NCBI GenBank assembly: GCA_028534125.1
Contig: CM052816.1
Location: 27,096,001 to 27,160,000 of the forward strand
Origin: Lama glama
Lineage: Eukaryota
Direction of reading: 5' to 3'
Length of the DNA stretch: 64,000 nucleotides
Positions 62,633-64,000 of this stretch are shown piece after piece. The translations under genes were made by a program, and so were the position numbers. Numbering within the stretch: the stretch's first letter is position 1; every line of letters begins with the position of its first letter. The notes below the pieces were generated by a model that did no database searches, was not told where the DNA came from, and saw nothing but the letters and a program-made list of their open reading frames with translations.

Positions 62633-63518
62633 ATTTTTTTAAAAAGGTGTTGACTATTGTTAAGGAAAAAGAGTATTTTTTTCAAAAAAAATTTGCTTGA
62701 ATCAATGTGTCACAAAATTTCGTGTGTGTGTTTTTTTAAGGATCTGTAAAAAAAATGACACAATGAGTTTGTGTTGCTTATATACTGGTAGATTCACAGA
62801 ATAAAACTAGTGAAGATGTAGTGAAATAATCATCATGGTGCTGGAGAGTCTATTGAAGCTTAGATCACCTAACTCAGTTTCCTACTAGAAACACATAAAA
62901 ACAAACACAATTTCCTATAAAAACATAAAGTACATTAATATAATTTCATGCCTCAAAGGATAACATAAGGTCTGAGTTTAAGGTTACTTTTCATAGTAGA
63001 CAAAATTAACTTTCTGTTAAAAAAATAGCAGAAAATACAGGAAAGCTTGTTATCCTTCTCAGCAAATAGACTAAAGACTGAATTTGTGGTCCCTTTGGTG
63101 ACAAAATATAGACTATGTTTAGATCTAACTTAAACAGGACCTTCTTTCCACGTGGCTAATGAACTTTAATCTTAACACTCTTACGGTAGTTCATTTAAAG
63201 AGTTACCAACCTTTGGTTTCACATTTACAAAATAGGTTAACGACTAGACCAGTGTTTCGCACTGATAAATTATGTAAGTTTCCCCAAATTGTTCACTAAA
63301 TACTGCTGTGGCTTGGAGAATATGGTTTTACACACAATTTTAACCCAAATGGAATAAAAATGGTTGGGGCTTACAATTTTTGTTTTTTCACACTATCTAT
63401 CGTATAGTAACACCTGGGAATAAATTCTCAGGTGATACTGGCATTTATAGTACAAAATCTGCCATAAAACTACCGACCTATTATTGCAAGTTCAGAAGCA
63501 ACTCAGCAGCTATAGAGT

Positions 63519-63980
63519 TATACTAGTTTCCTATCACTGCTGTGACAAATTATCACAAATTTTGTGGCTTAAAATGACACAAATTTATTATTTGACAATT
63601 CTAGAAGGCAGAAGTCACTTGGCTAAAATCAAGCCTGTTGGTTGGGCTACTGTTCCTTCTGAAGGCTCTAGGGGAGAACCTGTTCCCTTGACTGTCCAAT
63701 CTTCTGGGGCTTCCTGATTTCTCAAGTCATGGCCCCCTCCTCCATCTTCAAAATACACAGTGTAGCATCCCTGTCTCTTTCACCTTTAAGGATCCATGCG
63801 ATTACAATGAGCCCACTTAGAAAATCCAGAATAATATCTCCATCTAAAAACCCTCAATTTAATCACACCTGCAAAACCCCTTTTGATAGGTTAGGTAACA
63901 TTCACAAGTTTCAGGGATTAGGACATGCACATTTTTGGCTGGGGGGAGTTGGGCAGGGAGTCACTCTTCTCTTCTTCCTA
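63519..63980 (-). mobile_element. MLT1 (B/C/D-like) MaLR LTR
   Basis: tagtttcctatcactgctgtgacaaattatcacaaattttgtggcttaaaa...gaaggctctaggggagaa...cagggattaggacatg. Confidence 0.9.
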
Positions 63981-64000
63981 GCACAAGAGTGTTGGCAACA

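Noticed and set aside
1..64000. Prokaryotic-type systems (CRISPR arrays, operons, defence loci) or an intact retroviral/L1 ORF
   Set aside because: Sequence is mammalian repeat-rich DNA; no regularly spaced repeats and no ORF longer than 164 aa.

Overview
AT-rich, CpG-poor mammalian DNA with no recognisable protein-coding gene, most likely intergenic or deep intronic. Four tRNA-derived Vic-1-type SINEs point to a camelid (alpaca/llama/camel). The window is dominated by interspersed repeats: about 11 lineage-specific L1 3' fragments (most with readable TSDs), older L1M, L2, MIR and CR1/L3, MaLR/ERVL/ERV1 LTR pieces, and hAT/TcMar MITEs, plus one 100-N gap. Subfamily names are from memory, not from a database search. 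I found no convincing novel gene system. The best observations: (1) a ~700-bp L1 3'-transduction with twin-priming inversion splitting an ERVL integrase remnant (774-1490); (2) a second probable transduction (18961-19137); (3) a perfect 68-bp palindrome and micro-inversion in an L1 3'UTR (62461-62592); (4) a templated-insertion repair scar (3241-3309); (5) a polyadenylated, retroposed LTR fragment (25292-25420); (6) recursive-splice-site-like AG|GTAAG motifs (30845, 31854); (7) repeat-free enhancer-like blocks, notably a TGTCA/PBX/SOX cluster at 45.0-45.7 kb; (8) two orphan exon-like segments.
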